NCBI GenBank assembly: GCA_964576535.1
Contig: CAZNWB010000002.1
Coordinates: 28,470-92,469, forward strand
DNA: 64,000 bases
Source: an uncultured bacterium
Lineage (GTDB): Bacteria; Methylomirabilota; Methylomirabilia; Methylomirabilales; 2-02-FULL-66-22
Direction: 5' to 3'
Under the pieces are notes generated by a model. The model had not been told where the DNA came from, searched no databases, and worked only from the letters and a program-made list of their open reading frames with translations. Both the position numbers and the translations under genes were made by a program. The first letter of the stretch is position 1. Every line of letters starts with the position of its first letter. Shown here piece by piece: positions 36,669 through 46,058 of this stretch.

Positions 36669-38282
36669 ATGTTGGACGTCGTGATGAAGAGCTTAATTGG
36701 GTCTCCTCAAACTATCACAAAGCGGTGCCTGTCATGGGCCTGGTCTAGGAATTCACTCGCACACGCGGACGTGATTATTCTGCCTGTAGGCCTTCTTGGC
36801 GTGTGGCTCGCTGCGGTAATCTTTACCACGACAAGGCATGAATTTTGGCGCGACGAAGTTCGGGCTTTGTCGTTGGCCCGTACGGCCGTTTCGCCTATGC
36901 ACCTTCTTGAATTGATTAACAATAATAATGAGGGACATCCCGTTCTGTGGTATCTGCTCCTTTATATCGGTCGCTCGATTGCCGACACGCCAGTCATCCT
37001 GCCAATTATTAGTATTTTAATTGCTTTTGCTGCCGTAGCGATATTCGTGTTTCTTTCTCCGTTTCCTCTCTGGTTCAAGGGTCTTTTCATTTTCGGCGCA
37101 CTTCCTTTCTACGAATACTCTGTCGTGGCGCGGAATTACGGTATCAGCATGCTGCTGTTTTTTCTCTGCGCGACGCTATACCCGAATCGAAACAAATGCC
37201 CTTTGCTGCTGGCTTTTGTTCTGGCATTGCTGGCGAATACCAACGCCCATTCAGCGATATTGGTATGCCTGATTGCGGCCATGTGGGCCTGGGATGCGGT
37301 CATCGAGCATAAGACCGTATCGGTTAAGGTGCTGGGCCGGTCGCTCTACGTGCCGCTTGTGATTGTCGGTGTCGGCGTTTTGCTGTGTGTCGCCGTCACC
37401 ATGCCCGGCAAGAACACGATTGTGACTCACGTCTATTCCGTTGGCCAAAGGGATCTTGCCAGATCTTTTATTGCTGCTGCGGTTTATCCGGGTGGAGTTT
37501 TCTCTCAGATCGTGCCGGGACTTCCGCGGCCTACTAGTGATTTGCTGCTCTACATTGCTGTTCTTGGCCTCATTGTCCGCGGCAATCTGTTTCTGGCCGC
37601 CCTTAGTGGCCAGGTCGCTCTCGGCATGTTTTTCGGCGTGGTCTATGGCGGCGGCTATCGCCACCAAGGGCTGTTTTTGATTTTTCTACTGACTCTTTAT
37701 TGGATCGCCCTCGAATCGCCGCACCTTGGGGCCGCCACCAAGATGAAGCGCATCATGTTTAACGTAGGCCTCTACGTCTCCGTCCTGATTATGCTGTTCG
37801 GAAGCGTCCTCCTAGCGAAGAGCGCCGCATTGGAGGACATCCGGATCGAAAGGAGTTCTAGTAGGGCGTTCGGCCAGTTTCTGAATGGATCCCGCGTCTA
37901 TCGAGATGCCATCCTCGTCCCCGAGCCAGACTACATTGCGGAGTCCCTGCCGTATTACGCGAAAAACGCGATTTATCTTTCTAGAGAGCGGCGATTTGGC
38001 ACGACGGTATCCTTTACAACGGACGCCGATTATCGTCTCTCGTTGGGCGAGTTGTTATTCGCCGCTCGTGACATCAAAACGCATTCCGGCAAACCGGTTT
38101 TGATTGTGCTCGGCCACTGGGATCTGGTCACACGCGCGGCCGGCGAGAAGCGGTTTTCCTACAACAAGGTCTTCTCTTGGAGTGCTGAGGAGATCGCCGA
38201 ACTAAACCGATCGGCGGAACTCGTCGCACAGTTTAACTCTGCAAGTGGCGACGAAAACTACAGGGTCTATGCCCTCAAGTGA
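36669..38282 (+). CDS. Polytopic membrane protein, GT-C (ArnT/PMT-like) glycosyltransferase candidate
   Basis: More than 10 hydrophobic segments, then a soluble C-terminal domain of about 150 aa. N-terminal loop 'EFWRDEVRALSLAR...NNNNEGHPVLWYLLLY'. Markedly lower GC than its surroundings. Confidence 0.5.
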   Translation: MLDVVMKSLIGSPQTITKRCLSWAWSRNSLAHADVIILPVGLLGVWLAAVIFTTTRHEFWRDEVRALSLARTAVSPMHLLELINNNNEGHPVLWYLLLYIGRSIADTPVILPIISILIAFAAVAIFVFLSPFPLWFKGLFIFGALPFYEYSVVARNYGISMLLFFLCATLYPNRNKCPLLLAFVLALLANTNAHSAILVCLIAAMWAWDAVIEHKTVSVKVLGRSLYVPLVIVGVGVLLCVAVTMPGKNTIVTHVYSVGQRDLARSFIAAAVYPGGVFSQIVPGLPRPTSDLLLYIAVLGLIVRGNLFLAALSGQVALGMFFGVVYGGGYRHQGLFLIFLLTLYWIALESPHLGAATKMKRIMFNVGLYVSVLIMLFGSVLLAKSAALEDIRIERSSSRAFGQFLNGSRVYRDAILVPEPDYIAESLPYYAKNAIYLSRERRFGTTVSFTTDADYRLSLGELLFAARDIKTHSGKPVLIVLGHWDLVTRAAGEKRFSYNKVFSWSAEEIAELNRSAELVAQFNSASGDENYRVYALK

Positions 38283-38660
38283 TTCTTCAGGGCTCTCGGT
38301 GTCCTTCGCCCTGCCCGAAATTCAACACACGATCTGATCAAGTAAAGTAGGTTTTTACGATACTGTTGTTGCTCTTTCCTTCCTTCGAACCCTATATCGC
38401 GAAGAGGCCGCGTGTTCTTTGTGACGACATTTCCTTTCAACGCGCTCCCGAGAGAGATCTAATCTTAAGGTTCGAATCCAATCTTCAATATAGGCAAACC
38501 CTCACATTGCCCGGCCCTACGACGGGTCTCGAACTTAGGCCCACTTAGCTGCAGGCCTTCGAAGAGGGTATCGCAGTCTAGCAGGAAGGTGTGATTCGGG
38601 CGGCATAGACGAGCGTCACGATGGCCGTTGGAGCACCTGGACATCTCTGGCGAAGAACAT

Positions 38661-39461
38661 ATGATACACGGAAAAAAGGTCGTAGTTGTTCTACCCGCAT
38701 ACCGCGCGATTCGAACCCTTGAAAGGGCTTATCGAGAAATACCGCGGGATGTGGTCGATGAGATTCTGCTTGTAGACGACGCGAGTGATGACACCACTTC
38801 CGATCTTGCTCGCACACTTGGCATAAAGACCTTCGTCCATCCCCGGAATCTCGGATACGGCGCTAACCAAAAAACCTGTTACATGGAGGCATTAGCTGCC
38901 GGCGCCGATATTGTCGTAATGCTCCATCCCGACTATCAGTATGATCCCCGGCTCGTGACTGCTATGGCGGCAATGGTAGGATCGGGTATCTACGACGTGG
39001 TCCTAGGATCGCGCATCCTCGGGAATACAGCTCGTTCAGGTGGTATGCCCTTATATAAATACATTTCGAATAGGGCACTAACAGCCTTTCAGAACTTACT
39101 CATGGGTACCAAACTTTCAGAATTTCACACTGGCTACCGGGCCTACTCGCGACGAGTTCTTGAAAGGCTTCCCCTGTTGGCAAACTCTGATGACTTTATC
39201 TTTGACAATCAGATCCTCGCGCAATGCGTCTGGTCCGGGTTCTCGATTGGCGAGATATCATGCCCGACTAAGTACTTCCCAGAGGCTAGTTCAATCAACT
39301 TCCGGCGCTCAGTCCATTATGGATTGGGGGTTGTCTGGACGAGCATTGGATTTCGTCTACGAAAGTGTGGACTATCGCGCTCCGCCATTTATTCTAATGT
39401 ATCAAGTTTTCGCCTTTCGCCAGTGACCCAAGGCGAATCTCCAAGAGACACATTGTCGTGA
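38661..39461 (+). CDS. Glycosyltransferase family 2, polyprenyl-phosphate sugar synthase (Dpm1/ArnC-like)
   Basis: '[19 protein letters not shown]', '[12 protein letters not shown]' and 'YGANQKTCY...[15 protein letters not shown]'. Confidence 0.8.
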   Translation: MIHGKKVVVVLPAYRAIRTLERAYREIPRDVVDEILLVDDASDDTTSDLARTLGIKTFVHPRNLGYGANQKTCYMEALAAGADIVVMLHPDYQYDPRLVTAMAAMVGSGIYDVVLGSRILGNTARSGGMPLYKYISNRALTAFQNLLMGTKLSEFHTGYRAYSRRVLERLPLLANSDDFIFDNQILAQCVWSGFSIGEISCPTKYFPEASSINFRRSVHYGLGVVWTSIGFRLRKCGLSRSAIYSNVSSFRLSPVTQGESPRDTLS

Positions 39462-39495
39462 TACGAACGACGATCAGCGCCAGCATTTAGCCGTT

Positions 39496-39960
39496 ATGCC
39501 ACGTCCCGGGGCACGGTGGCTCCACGCCGATGCGGAAACGAAGGGCGACAAGCCGGAGCGCGTGATGATCTCCTTCGGCTCCGAGCACGGGCCCCTCGAA
39601 CAGCGTCAGGTCGAAATGGTCTGGGAAGAAGCGCGCACGCTGATCCCCAAGTCATCCATCATCGTTTTTGCGCCCTTTCAGTTCACCCCTGAAGCCGCGA
39701 AGGACATTGACGAGCTGACCAAAGAGAAAACCGGCATGACCTTCCTGACTTCCCAGATGAACGCCGACCTGCTGACTGAAGACCTGAAGAAAAAGTGCGC
39801 CTCGAACCAGAGCTTCTGGCTGGTGGCCCGCCCGGACGTGAAACTGCGCCAGATCAAGAAAGGCGAACACAAGGACAAGAAGGACAAGAGGGAAGTTGAA
39901 GTCCGAGGGTTCGACTACTATAACACCCGCACGGGCACCATCGCCGTTGTGGGCTTTCTG
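39496..39960 (+). pseudogene. Orphan C-terminal fragment of a large site-specific DNA methyltransferase
   Basis: 'VMISFGSEHGPLEQRQVE', 'FAPFQFTPEAAKDIDE' and 'SQMNADLLTEDLKKKCASNQSFWLVARPDVKL...VEVRGFDYYNTRTGTI' match my recollection of the tail of large N6-adenine methylases. No catalytic domain is present, and the frame then degenerates. Confidence 0.45.
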
Positions 39961-40047
39961 CTGCTGAAGCTCTTCCATCGCGTCCGTCGCCAGCTCCTCA
40001 GGTGGCATGTGGAAAGCCAGATCGCGATGTAGGCGACTCTCAAGCCG

Positions 40048-42249
40048 ATGCTGAACCTGCGCGCCGTCCTGTTCATCTTGTTCGTTGCCTCGGGGTTCTG
40101 CAGTCTGTTGTATCAGGTCATTTGGCTGCGGCTGGCCTTCGCAGCGTTCGGGATCATTACGCCCGTGCTGTCGATCCTGCTTTCCGTGTTTATGCTGGGT
40201 CTGGCCCTGGGTTCCTGGCTGGCCGGTCGACTGGTGGAACCCTTGGCCGCTCGCATGCGCGTATCCCCTGCACATATCTACGGCCTGGCGGAACTGGGCA
40301 TCGGGGCAGGCGCATTGACCGTGCCGGCTGTCTTCGATTGGGGAGAGCGTGCCCTGCGGGGGCTGGGAGAGGCATCGTCGGGTCGGTACCTGCTGTTCTC
40401 CGCGCTCATCATCACCCTGGCCGTTGTGGGCTTCGCCGCCCTGATGGGAACAACGTTCCCATTGATGATGGCGTTCATCCGTAGCGTGCGGCAACCTGAC
40501 CCGGGCAGCTTCAGCTACCTCTATCTCGCCAACGTGATTGGCGCCATGGCCGGCGCATCCATGACCGCGTACGTATTGATCGAGGTGCTGGGGGTCCGGC
40601 GGACATTGCTCGCCGGGGCGCTCGTGAATCTGCTTGTCAGTCTGGCCGCCTTTCGATTGCCCGGGATCGCGCGTCGGGCCGACGGGGGTGGCCACTCTGC
40701 GCGTCCCCGAGGTGTTCAACTCGAATCGGCCCTCCCGGACGCCGGACCGTCGCGCGGCATTCGATTGACTCTCCTCTTCGGCACCGGCCTCACTTCACTG
40801 GGCATGGAAGTGGTGTGGACGCGGGCCTTCACGCCGGTCATGTGGACGACCATCTACGCGTTTGCCGCACTGCTGTCCGTCTACTTGTTGGCCACGTGGG
40901 GGGGGTCCGCGGTTTACCGGTATCACCGGTCGCGCGGCAGCGTGTGGCGCACGGAGATGCTGCTGGGTGCACTGTTCATCGCGTCGCTGCTGCCGCTGGT
41001 GGTGAATGATCCTCGCTGGCATGCCAAGCGGCTCATCGTGTTGTCGAGCGTCGTTCCCATCTCGGCGTTGCTGGGCTATCTGACCCCTCGGCTGATCGAT
41101 GACCATGCGAAAGGGGAACCCGATGCGGCGGGCTTGGCGTATGCGGTCAACGTCGTCGGTTGCATTGCCGGTCCGCTGGTGGCCGGTTATCTGTTGCTGC
41201 CTTTTCTGGGCGTCAAATGGTCGCTGATCCTGCTCGCCCTGCCTTACGCGGCGTTCTTCGCGTATGCGATGCCGCCAATGCCGCGCTCCGCGGCGTATGC
41301 GACCGGGACGATCGGCGTGGCGGTGCTGCTAGTGGGAGTGGCGTACACGTCGACATACGAAGATCCTGCGCTGTACCGCGCGGCCGTGGTGCGGAGAGAT
41401 CACACGGCCACGGTGGTTTCCCACGGAGAGGGCATGGACAAGCGTCTGTTGGTGAACGGCGTCGGCATCACTTACCTGACGACCATCACCAAGTTCATGG
41501 CGCACCTGCCCATGGTGATGCGCGCCGATCCGCCGAAGGCCACCCTGGTGATCTGTTTGGGAATGGGGACGACTTTCCGCTCCCTGGCGAGCTGGGAGGT
41601 CCGGACCACGGCCGTGGAGCTGGTGCCGAGCGTCCGGGATGCCTTCGGCTTCTACTTCGACGACGCGCCCAGTGTCCTGGCCCGGCCCCACACGCAGATC
41701 GTCGTGGACGACGGACGCAGGTTCCTCAATCGCACGAACGAACGGTTTGATCTGGTCACTCTGGATCCCCCACCCCCTGTGGAGGCGGCAGGATCGAGTC
41801 TCCTGTACTCCGTGGAATTCTACCGGGTGCTGCGGGCACGGCTGTCGCCGGGCGGTGTCCTGCAACAGTGGTTTCCCGGGGGAGAGGAGGCCATCCTAAG
41901 GGCGGTGGCCAATTCGGTGCGTCAGGTGTTTCCGCATGTGAAGGTCTTTCGTTCGATCGAAGGCTCGGGCTATCACTTCATCGCGTCGGATCGGACGCTC
42001 GAAACGCCCGCGGTGGACCTCGCCATGTCTCGAATGCCCCCGTCCGCCACCCGGGACCTGATGGAGTGGCATCCGGGGCGCGAGGCGCGGGATCTGTGGC
42101 GAGACATGCTGAAGCAGGAGCTGGACATCAACACTCTGACCCCGAGGGGTTCCCCGCTCGCCGTGACCGACGACCGTCCATTCAACGAGTACTTCTGGCT
42201 GCGCCGATGGCTGGAGCGCATCCGCGCCGAATTGGAACGCACGCTCTAG
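40048..42249 (+). CDS. Fused polytopic-membrane / spermidine-synthase-like (class I methyltransferase fold) protein
   Basis: N-terminus 'FILFVASGFCSLLYQVIWLRLAFAAFG' plus about 12 TM segments. C-terminus 'LVICLGMGTTFRSL...AVELVPSV...FDLVTLDPPPP...SLLYSVEFY'. Confidence 0.75.
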   Translation: MLNLRAVLFILFVASGFCSLLYQVIWLRLAFAAFGIITPVLSILLSVFMLGLALGSWLAGRLVEPLAARMRVSPAHIYGLAELGIGAGALTVPAVFDWGERALRGLGEASSGRYLLFSALIITLAVVGFAALMGTTFPLMMAFIRSVRQPDPGSFSYLYLANVIGAMAGASMTAYVLIEVLGVRRTLLAGALVNLLVSLAAFRLPGIARRADGGGHSARPRGVQLESALPDAGPSRGIRLTLLFGTGLTSLGMEVVWTRAFTPVMWTTIYAFAALLSVYLLATWGGSAVYRYHRSRGSVWRTEMLLGALFIASLLPLVVNDPRWHAKRLIVLSSVVPISALLGYLTPRLIDDHAKGEPDAAGLAYAVNVVGCIAGPLVAGYLLLPFLGVKWSLILLALPYAAFFAYAMPPMPRSAAYATGTIGVAVLLVGVAYTSTYEDPALYRAAVVRRDHTATVVSHGEGMDKRLLVNGVGITYLTTITKFMAHLPMVMRADPPKATLVICLGMGTTFRSLASWEVRTTAVELVPSVRDAFGFYFDDAPSVLARPHTQIVVDDGRRFLNRTNERFDLVTLDPPPPVEAAGSSLLYSVEFYRVLRARLSPGGVLQQWFPGGEEAILRAVANSVRQVFPHVKVFRSIEGSGYHFIASDRTLETPAVDLAMSRMPPSATRDLMEWHPGREARDLWRDMLKQELDINTLTPRGSPLAVTDDRPFNEYFWLRRWLERIRAELERTL

Positions 42250-42323
42250 GGACCTAGCTGCTCGATGCTGGAGCCGTTGGGATAGGTCAGGTTTCGGCGA
42301 TTAATTGACATTGTCACGGCTCT

Positions 42324-42599
42324 TCAGCGCCAGCACGAAAAAGGCATCCCGTATGTGAGGGTGCGCGCCGATTTCAAGAAAACCGGCTTAAGTATTACCG
42401 ATTTCAAATCCTGAAACGCCGGATGAGACTGATTCGCACGATAGTAAACTCGATTCCCCCTTGATGCCTGGTCAACGATCCCAGCCTGAACGAGCCTAGC
42501 CAGACCCCTTTGGATCAAAAACAGCCGCTCACCAGTCAGCTCCGCCAACTCCCGTTGGCAGAAGTCCCGAGTTGGGGAGAGAATAAACAATCTGAGCAA
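42324..42599 (-). CDS. Winged-helix (ArsR-like) DNA-binding protein, probably a truncated HTH-nucleotidyltransferase gene
   Basis: 'DFCQRELAELTGERLFLIQRGLARLVQAGIVDQASRGNRVYYRANQSHPAFQDLKSVILK' resembles the N-terminal HTH of nucleotidyltransferase-domain proteins. This is the only credible minus-strand CDS. Confidence 0.5.
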   Translation of the reverse strand: MLRLFILSPTRDFCQRELAELTGERLFLIQRGLARLVQAGIVDQASRGNRVYYRANQSHPAFQDLKSVILKPVFLKSARTLTYGMPFSCWR

Positions 42600-42640
42600 G
42601 GCAACGATGGCCTTCCCCGCAAATAACCCTTTAAAGGAGG

Positions 42641-43666
42641 ATGGCCTTCATGCAACGTAAAGCATCCGACGTATCAATTGAGGTCTTCTCCACTTGCCCT
42701 TCGTCGAGCACGGTGCACCCCAAGGACTATATCCAACACGTCGTGGATGTCGCGCGCTGGAGCGAACAATACGGTTGCAAAGGCATCCTCGTGTATACAG
42801 ATAATTCTCTGATCGACCCGTGGCTAGTGTCCCACATTATTATCCAGCAGACGAGAACGCTATGCCCGCTCGTCGCAGTCCAGCCCGTTTACATGCATCC
42901 GTATTCCGTCTCCAAACTGGTTACGTCCTTCGGCTATCTCTACGGAAGACGCGTCTATCTCAACATGGTCGCCGGGGGCTTTAAGAATGACCTGACCGCG
43001 CTGAATGACACAACGCCCCACGACAAACGATACGATCGCCTGAGGGAATACACGCTCATCATCAAGCAGCTTCTCGCGGGCGACTCGGTCACATACAAAG
43101 GCGAGTTCTATGCCGTCGAGCATCTGAAGCTCACCCCGCCATTGCCTCGCGAGCTCTTCCCCGGAATCTTCGTCTCGGCCTCGTCCGAAGCAGGGCTAGC
43201 CACCGCCCAAGCTATCGGTGCCACTGCCGTGCACTACCCCAAACCGTCGCGCGAATACGAAGCCACGTCGGTACGTCCTGACAGCGACGCCGGAATTCGA
43301 ATCGGGATCATTACACGCGAGGATGAAGCAGAAGCCTGGACCATCGCCCACGAGCGTTTTCCCGAAGATCGGAAGGGCCAGCTGACCCACCAGCTGGCTA
43401 TGAAGATCTCGGATTCTGTCTGGCACAAACAGTTATCTCAGCTCGCGGCGGAGGCCGACAGCAATCCCTACTGGCTCGTTCCCTTCCAGAATTACAAGAC
43501 GTTCTGTCCTTATCTCGTCGGAAGTTATAAACGAGTTGCAGACGAACTAGCCAGATACATCCTCGCAGGATACAACACGTTTATCCTCGATATCCCCCCG
43601 ACAGAGGAAGAATTGCACCATACCAACGTGGTTTTCGCCCAAGCCTTAAAGGAGGCGACCAAATGA
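42641..43666 (+). CDS. LLM-class (luciferase-like) flavin-dependent oxidoreductase
   Basis: AAGGAGG RBS upstream. 'IEVFSTCPSS...', 'GCKGILVYTDNSLIDPWLV', 'LVAVQPVYMHPYSVSKLV' and 'YLNMVAGGFKNDL'. Confidence 0.8.
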   Translation: MAFMQRKASDVSIEVFSTCPSSSTVHPKDYIQHVVDVARWSEQYGCKGILVYTDNSLIDPWLVSHIIIQQTRTLCPLVAVQPVYMHPYSVSKLVTSFGYLYGRRVYLNMVAGGFKNDLTALNDTTPHDKRYDRLREYTLIIKQLLAGDSVTYKGEFYAVEHLKLTPPLPRELFPGIFVSASSEAGLATAQAIGATAVHYPKPSREYEATSVRPDSDAGIRIGIITREDEAEAWTIAHERFPEDRKGQLTHQLAMKISDSVWHKQLSQLAAEADSNPYWLVPFQNYKTFCPYLVGSYKRVADELARYILAGYNTFILDIPPTEEELHHTNVVFAQALKEATK

Positions 43667-45270
43667 AAGCGCTACTTCAGCAGTGGGTAACCGATCAAGC
43701 CCAGAGACGCCCTGACGCGCTCGCCCTGGTCATGAAGGGGCAGCAACTCACCTATGGCCAGCTGGAGCAACGCAGTAACCAGCTGGCCCGATCGTTCAAA
43801 GCCGCCGGCTGCCAGAAAGGAGATCGGGTGGGCTTGCTCATGCCCAAATCTCCGTCGGCCATCGTCGGCATTCTCGGAACTCTCAAGGCGGATTGCATCT
43901 ATGTACCCCTCGATCCCGCGAGTCCAGCTCCCAGGACGGCGCAGATGATCGCCTCCTCCGAGCCCCGCTGCCTCCTCGCGACCGAGCCGACCGCATCCTT
44001 GTTGGATGAGCTTTGGTCGGATCAAAAGTTTCGCTCGTCCATCTCTGTTGTCTGGATGGACTCGGCCACGGTCGCAGGAAAGAACTTCACCCCAGAGCTT
44101 TTGCAGAGCGACTGGCAGAGCTATTCTGCCGAGCCCCTGGATTATCTCAATCGCCCCGAAGATCCCGCCTACATTCTTTTCACCTCCGGCTCCACGGGGG
44201 TTCCCAAGGGGGTGGTCATCACCCACTCCAACGTCATCCATTTTATCGAATGGGCGACGGAGTACTTCGGCATGAGCGCATCGGATCGGGTTTCGGGCCA
44301 TCCCCCCCTCCATTTCGATTTGTCCGTTTTCGATATATTCGGGACATTCGCAGCCGGCGCCCAACTCCATCTGGTCCCGCCGGAACTGAGTCTCCTGCCC
44401 CACAAATTAGCCGACTTCATCCGCGCTCAGGAGCTCACGCAGTGGTTCTCGGTGCCCTCCGTTTTGACCTACATGGCCAAGTTCGACGTGATCCGGCCAA
44501 ACGATTTCCCGGCCTTGAACCGCCTTCTCTGGTGCGGCGAAGTGCTGCCAACGCCTGTCCTCATGTACTGGATGAAGCGCCTGCCCGGAGTTCGCTTCAC
44601 CAATCTCTACGGCCCCACCGAGGCCACGATCGCCAGCAGCTACTATACGGTTCCCGACTATCCACAGGATGAGCGGGCCGCGATTCCGATCGGGACCGCG
44701 TGCGCCGGCGAAGAGTTGCTTGTGCTGGATGATCGCTTGCAGCCAGTGCCACCGGGCGAGATCGGCGATCTTTACATCCGGGGCGTCGGACTGAGCCCCG
44801 GCTATTGGCGCGATCCCGAAAAGACCCGCGCCGCCTTTTTGCCCAATCCGACCACCGGCGATGGATCGGATCGCATATACAAGACTGGCGACCTCGCACA
44901 CATGGGGGACGATGGTCTCGTGTACTTTCTCGGCAGAGCCGACTCACAAATCAAAAGCCGAGGCTACCGCATCGAGCTCGGCGAAATCGAGACGCACCTG
45001 CATCCCATGCCCTCTCTCAAAGAGTCCGCCGTCGTCGCCATCAACGCCGAGAGCTTCGAAGGCGCCACCATCTGCTGTGCGTACGTCCCCGCTCCCAACG
45101 CCGATGTCACACCAGTCACCCTGCGAAAGGAATTAGCCGAGAAACTGCCGTCCTACATGCTGCCATCCCGGTGGATGGCCTTCGACAAGCTGCCCAAGAA
45201 CGCCAACGGCAAGATTGACCGCCCCCAGTTAAGAAAGGAGTTTCAACGCAATGCAACTCCAGCCCATTGA
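43663..45270 (+). CDS. Stand-alone amino-acid adenylation enzyme (NRPS A-domain / DltA-like)
   Basis: ATGA overlap. 'LTYGQLEQRSNQLA', 'AYILFTSGSTGVPKGVVITH', 'NLYGPTEATI', 'YKTGDLA', 'GRADSQIKSRGYRIELGEIE' and 'LPKNANGKIDR'. Confidence 0.85.
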   Translation: MKALLQQWVTDQAQRRPDALALVMKGQQLTYGQLEQRSNQLARSFKAAGCQKGDRVGLLMPKSPSAIVGILGTLKADCIYVPLDPASPAPRTAQMIASSEPRCLLATEPTASLLDELWSDQKFRSSISVVWMDSATVAGKNFTPELLQSDWQSYSAEPLDYLNRPEDPAYILFTSGSTGVPKGVVITHSNVIHFIEWATEYFGMSASDRVSGHPPLHFDLSVFDIFGTFAAGAQLHLVPPELSLLPHKLADFIRAQELTQWFSVPSVLTYMAKFDVIRPNDFPALNRLLWCGEVLPTPVLMYWMKRLPGVRFTNLYGPTEATIASSYYTVPDYPQDERAAIPIGTACAGEELLVLDDRLQPVPPGEIGDLYIRGVGLSPGYWRDPEKTRAAFLPNPTTGDGSDRIYKTGDLAHMGDDGLVYFLGRADSQIKSRGYRIELGEIETHLHPMPSLKESAVVAINAESFEGATICCAYVPAPNADVTPVTLRKELAEKLPSYMLPSRWMAFDKLPKNANGKIDRPQLRKEFQRNATPAH

Positions 45271-45757
45271 CACCACGACCCTCCAGATCGTCGCTCAGTG
45301 GATGGCCGCCAAAGAGAACTACCAGTGGCTGGACTTTGGCAACGGCAATCAGATCCTGACCCCTATCTCGCTCAAAATCATGTCTCAGCGCGGCATCCAC
45401 CTTCTCCGGGTATTTACTTCAGACTCGGACGATTCGCCCATTGGCCTCGTCGCATTCTCCAATATCTCGCCCCCTTTCAAGACGGCAACATTGTGGTATG
45501 TCCTCGGCAACAAGGCCTACGCCGGAAAGGGCTATACCACCCGCGCCGTCTCCACACTCCTCACGATCGGGTTCACCGAGTTGCGCCTCGCGACCGTAAA
45601 TGCCTGGGCCGTAGATCAAAATACGCCCTCCATTTCAGTCTTAAAACGGAACAACTTCCAATTGATTGGCCGCCAGCGTGAATGTCATTACATAGATGGC
45701 CGTCCCTTCGACCGCTTGCTCTTTGACCTGTTGGCTGCCGAGCACAAGGAACTGTGA
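45251..45757 (+). CDS. GNAT-family N-acetyltransferase (RimJ/RimL-like)
   Basis: 'AYAGKGYTTRAVSTLLTIGFTELRLATVNAWAVDQNTPSISVLKRNNFQLIG'. Confidence 0.75.
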   Translation: MQLQPIDTTTLQIVAQWMAAKENYQWLDFGNGNQILTPISLKIMSQRGIHLLRVFTSDSDDSPIGLVAFSNISPPFKTATLWYVLGNKAYAGKGYTTRAVSTLLTIGFTELRLATVNAWAVDQNTPSISVLKRNNFQLIGRQRECHYIDGRPFDRLLFDLLAAEHKEL

Positions 45758-45758
45758 C

Positions 45759-46040
45759 ATGTCCTCGAACAATCATCTGCCCGATCACATTAAGACCCTC
45801 TTCCTTCAGAAGCTCAATATGGAGGTCCCGTCCGTTGACACAGATTTGTTGGACACGGGCCTCTTGGACTCCCTGCAGTTGGTCGAATTGCTCGTCGTCC
45901 TCGAACAGGAGTTTGGGACCACAATTTCATTCGACGAGATCGAGCTGGATAATTTCAGAACGATCAGAAACATTGCCCACCTCATCGAACATAACCAGGC
46001 CTCACATACACCTAGCGGATCCCCTGCGCCCACTCGCTAG
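45759..46040 (+). CDS. Acyl/peptidyl carrier protein
   Basis: 93 aa. The phosphopantetheine-attachment motif is 'LLDTGLLDSLQLVELLVVLEQEFG'. ATG 45759 lies directly after the GNAT stop. Confidence 0.8.
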   Translation: MSSNNHLPDHIKTLFLQKLNMEVPSVDTDLLDTGLLDSLQLVELLVVLEQEFGTTISFDEIELDNFRTIRNIAHLIEHNQASHTPSGSPAPTR

Positions 46041-46058
46041 AGAAGACGGGTCCTAGAA

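Noticed and set aside
39652-40719. 355-aa minus-strand ORF
   Set aside because: It is antisense to the methyltransferase fragment and the spermidine-synthase-like gene. The composition is Gly/Gln/His/Arg-rich and there is no RBS or domain signature. High-GC shadow ORF.
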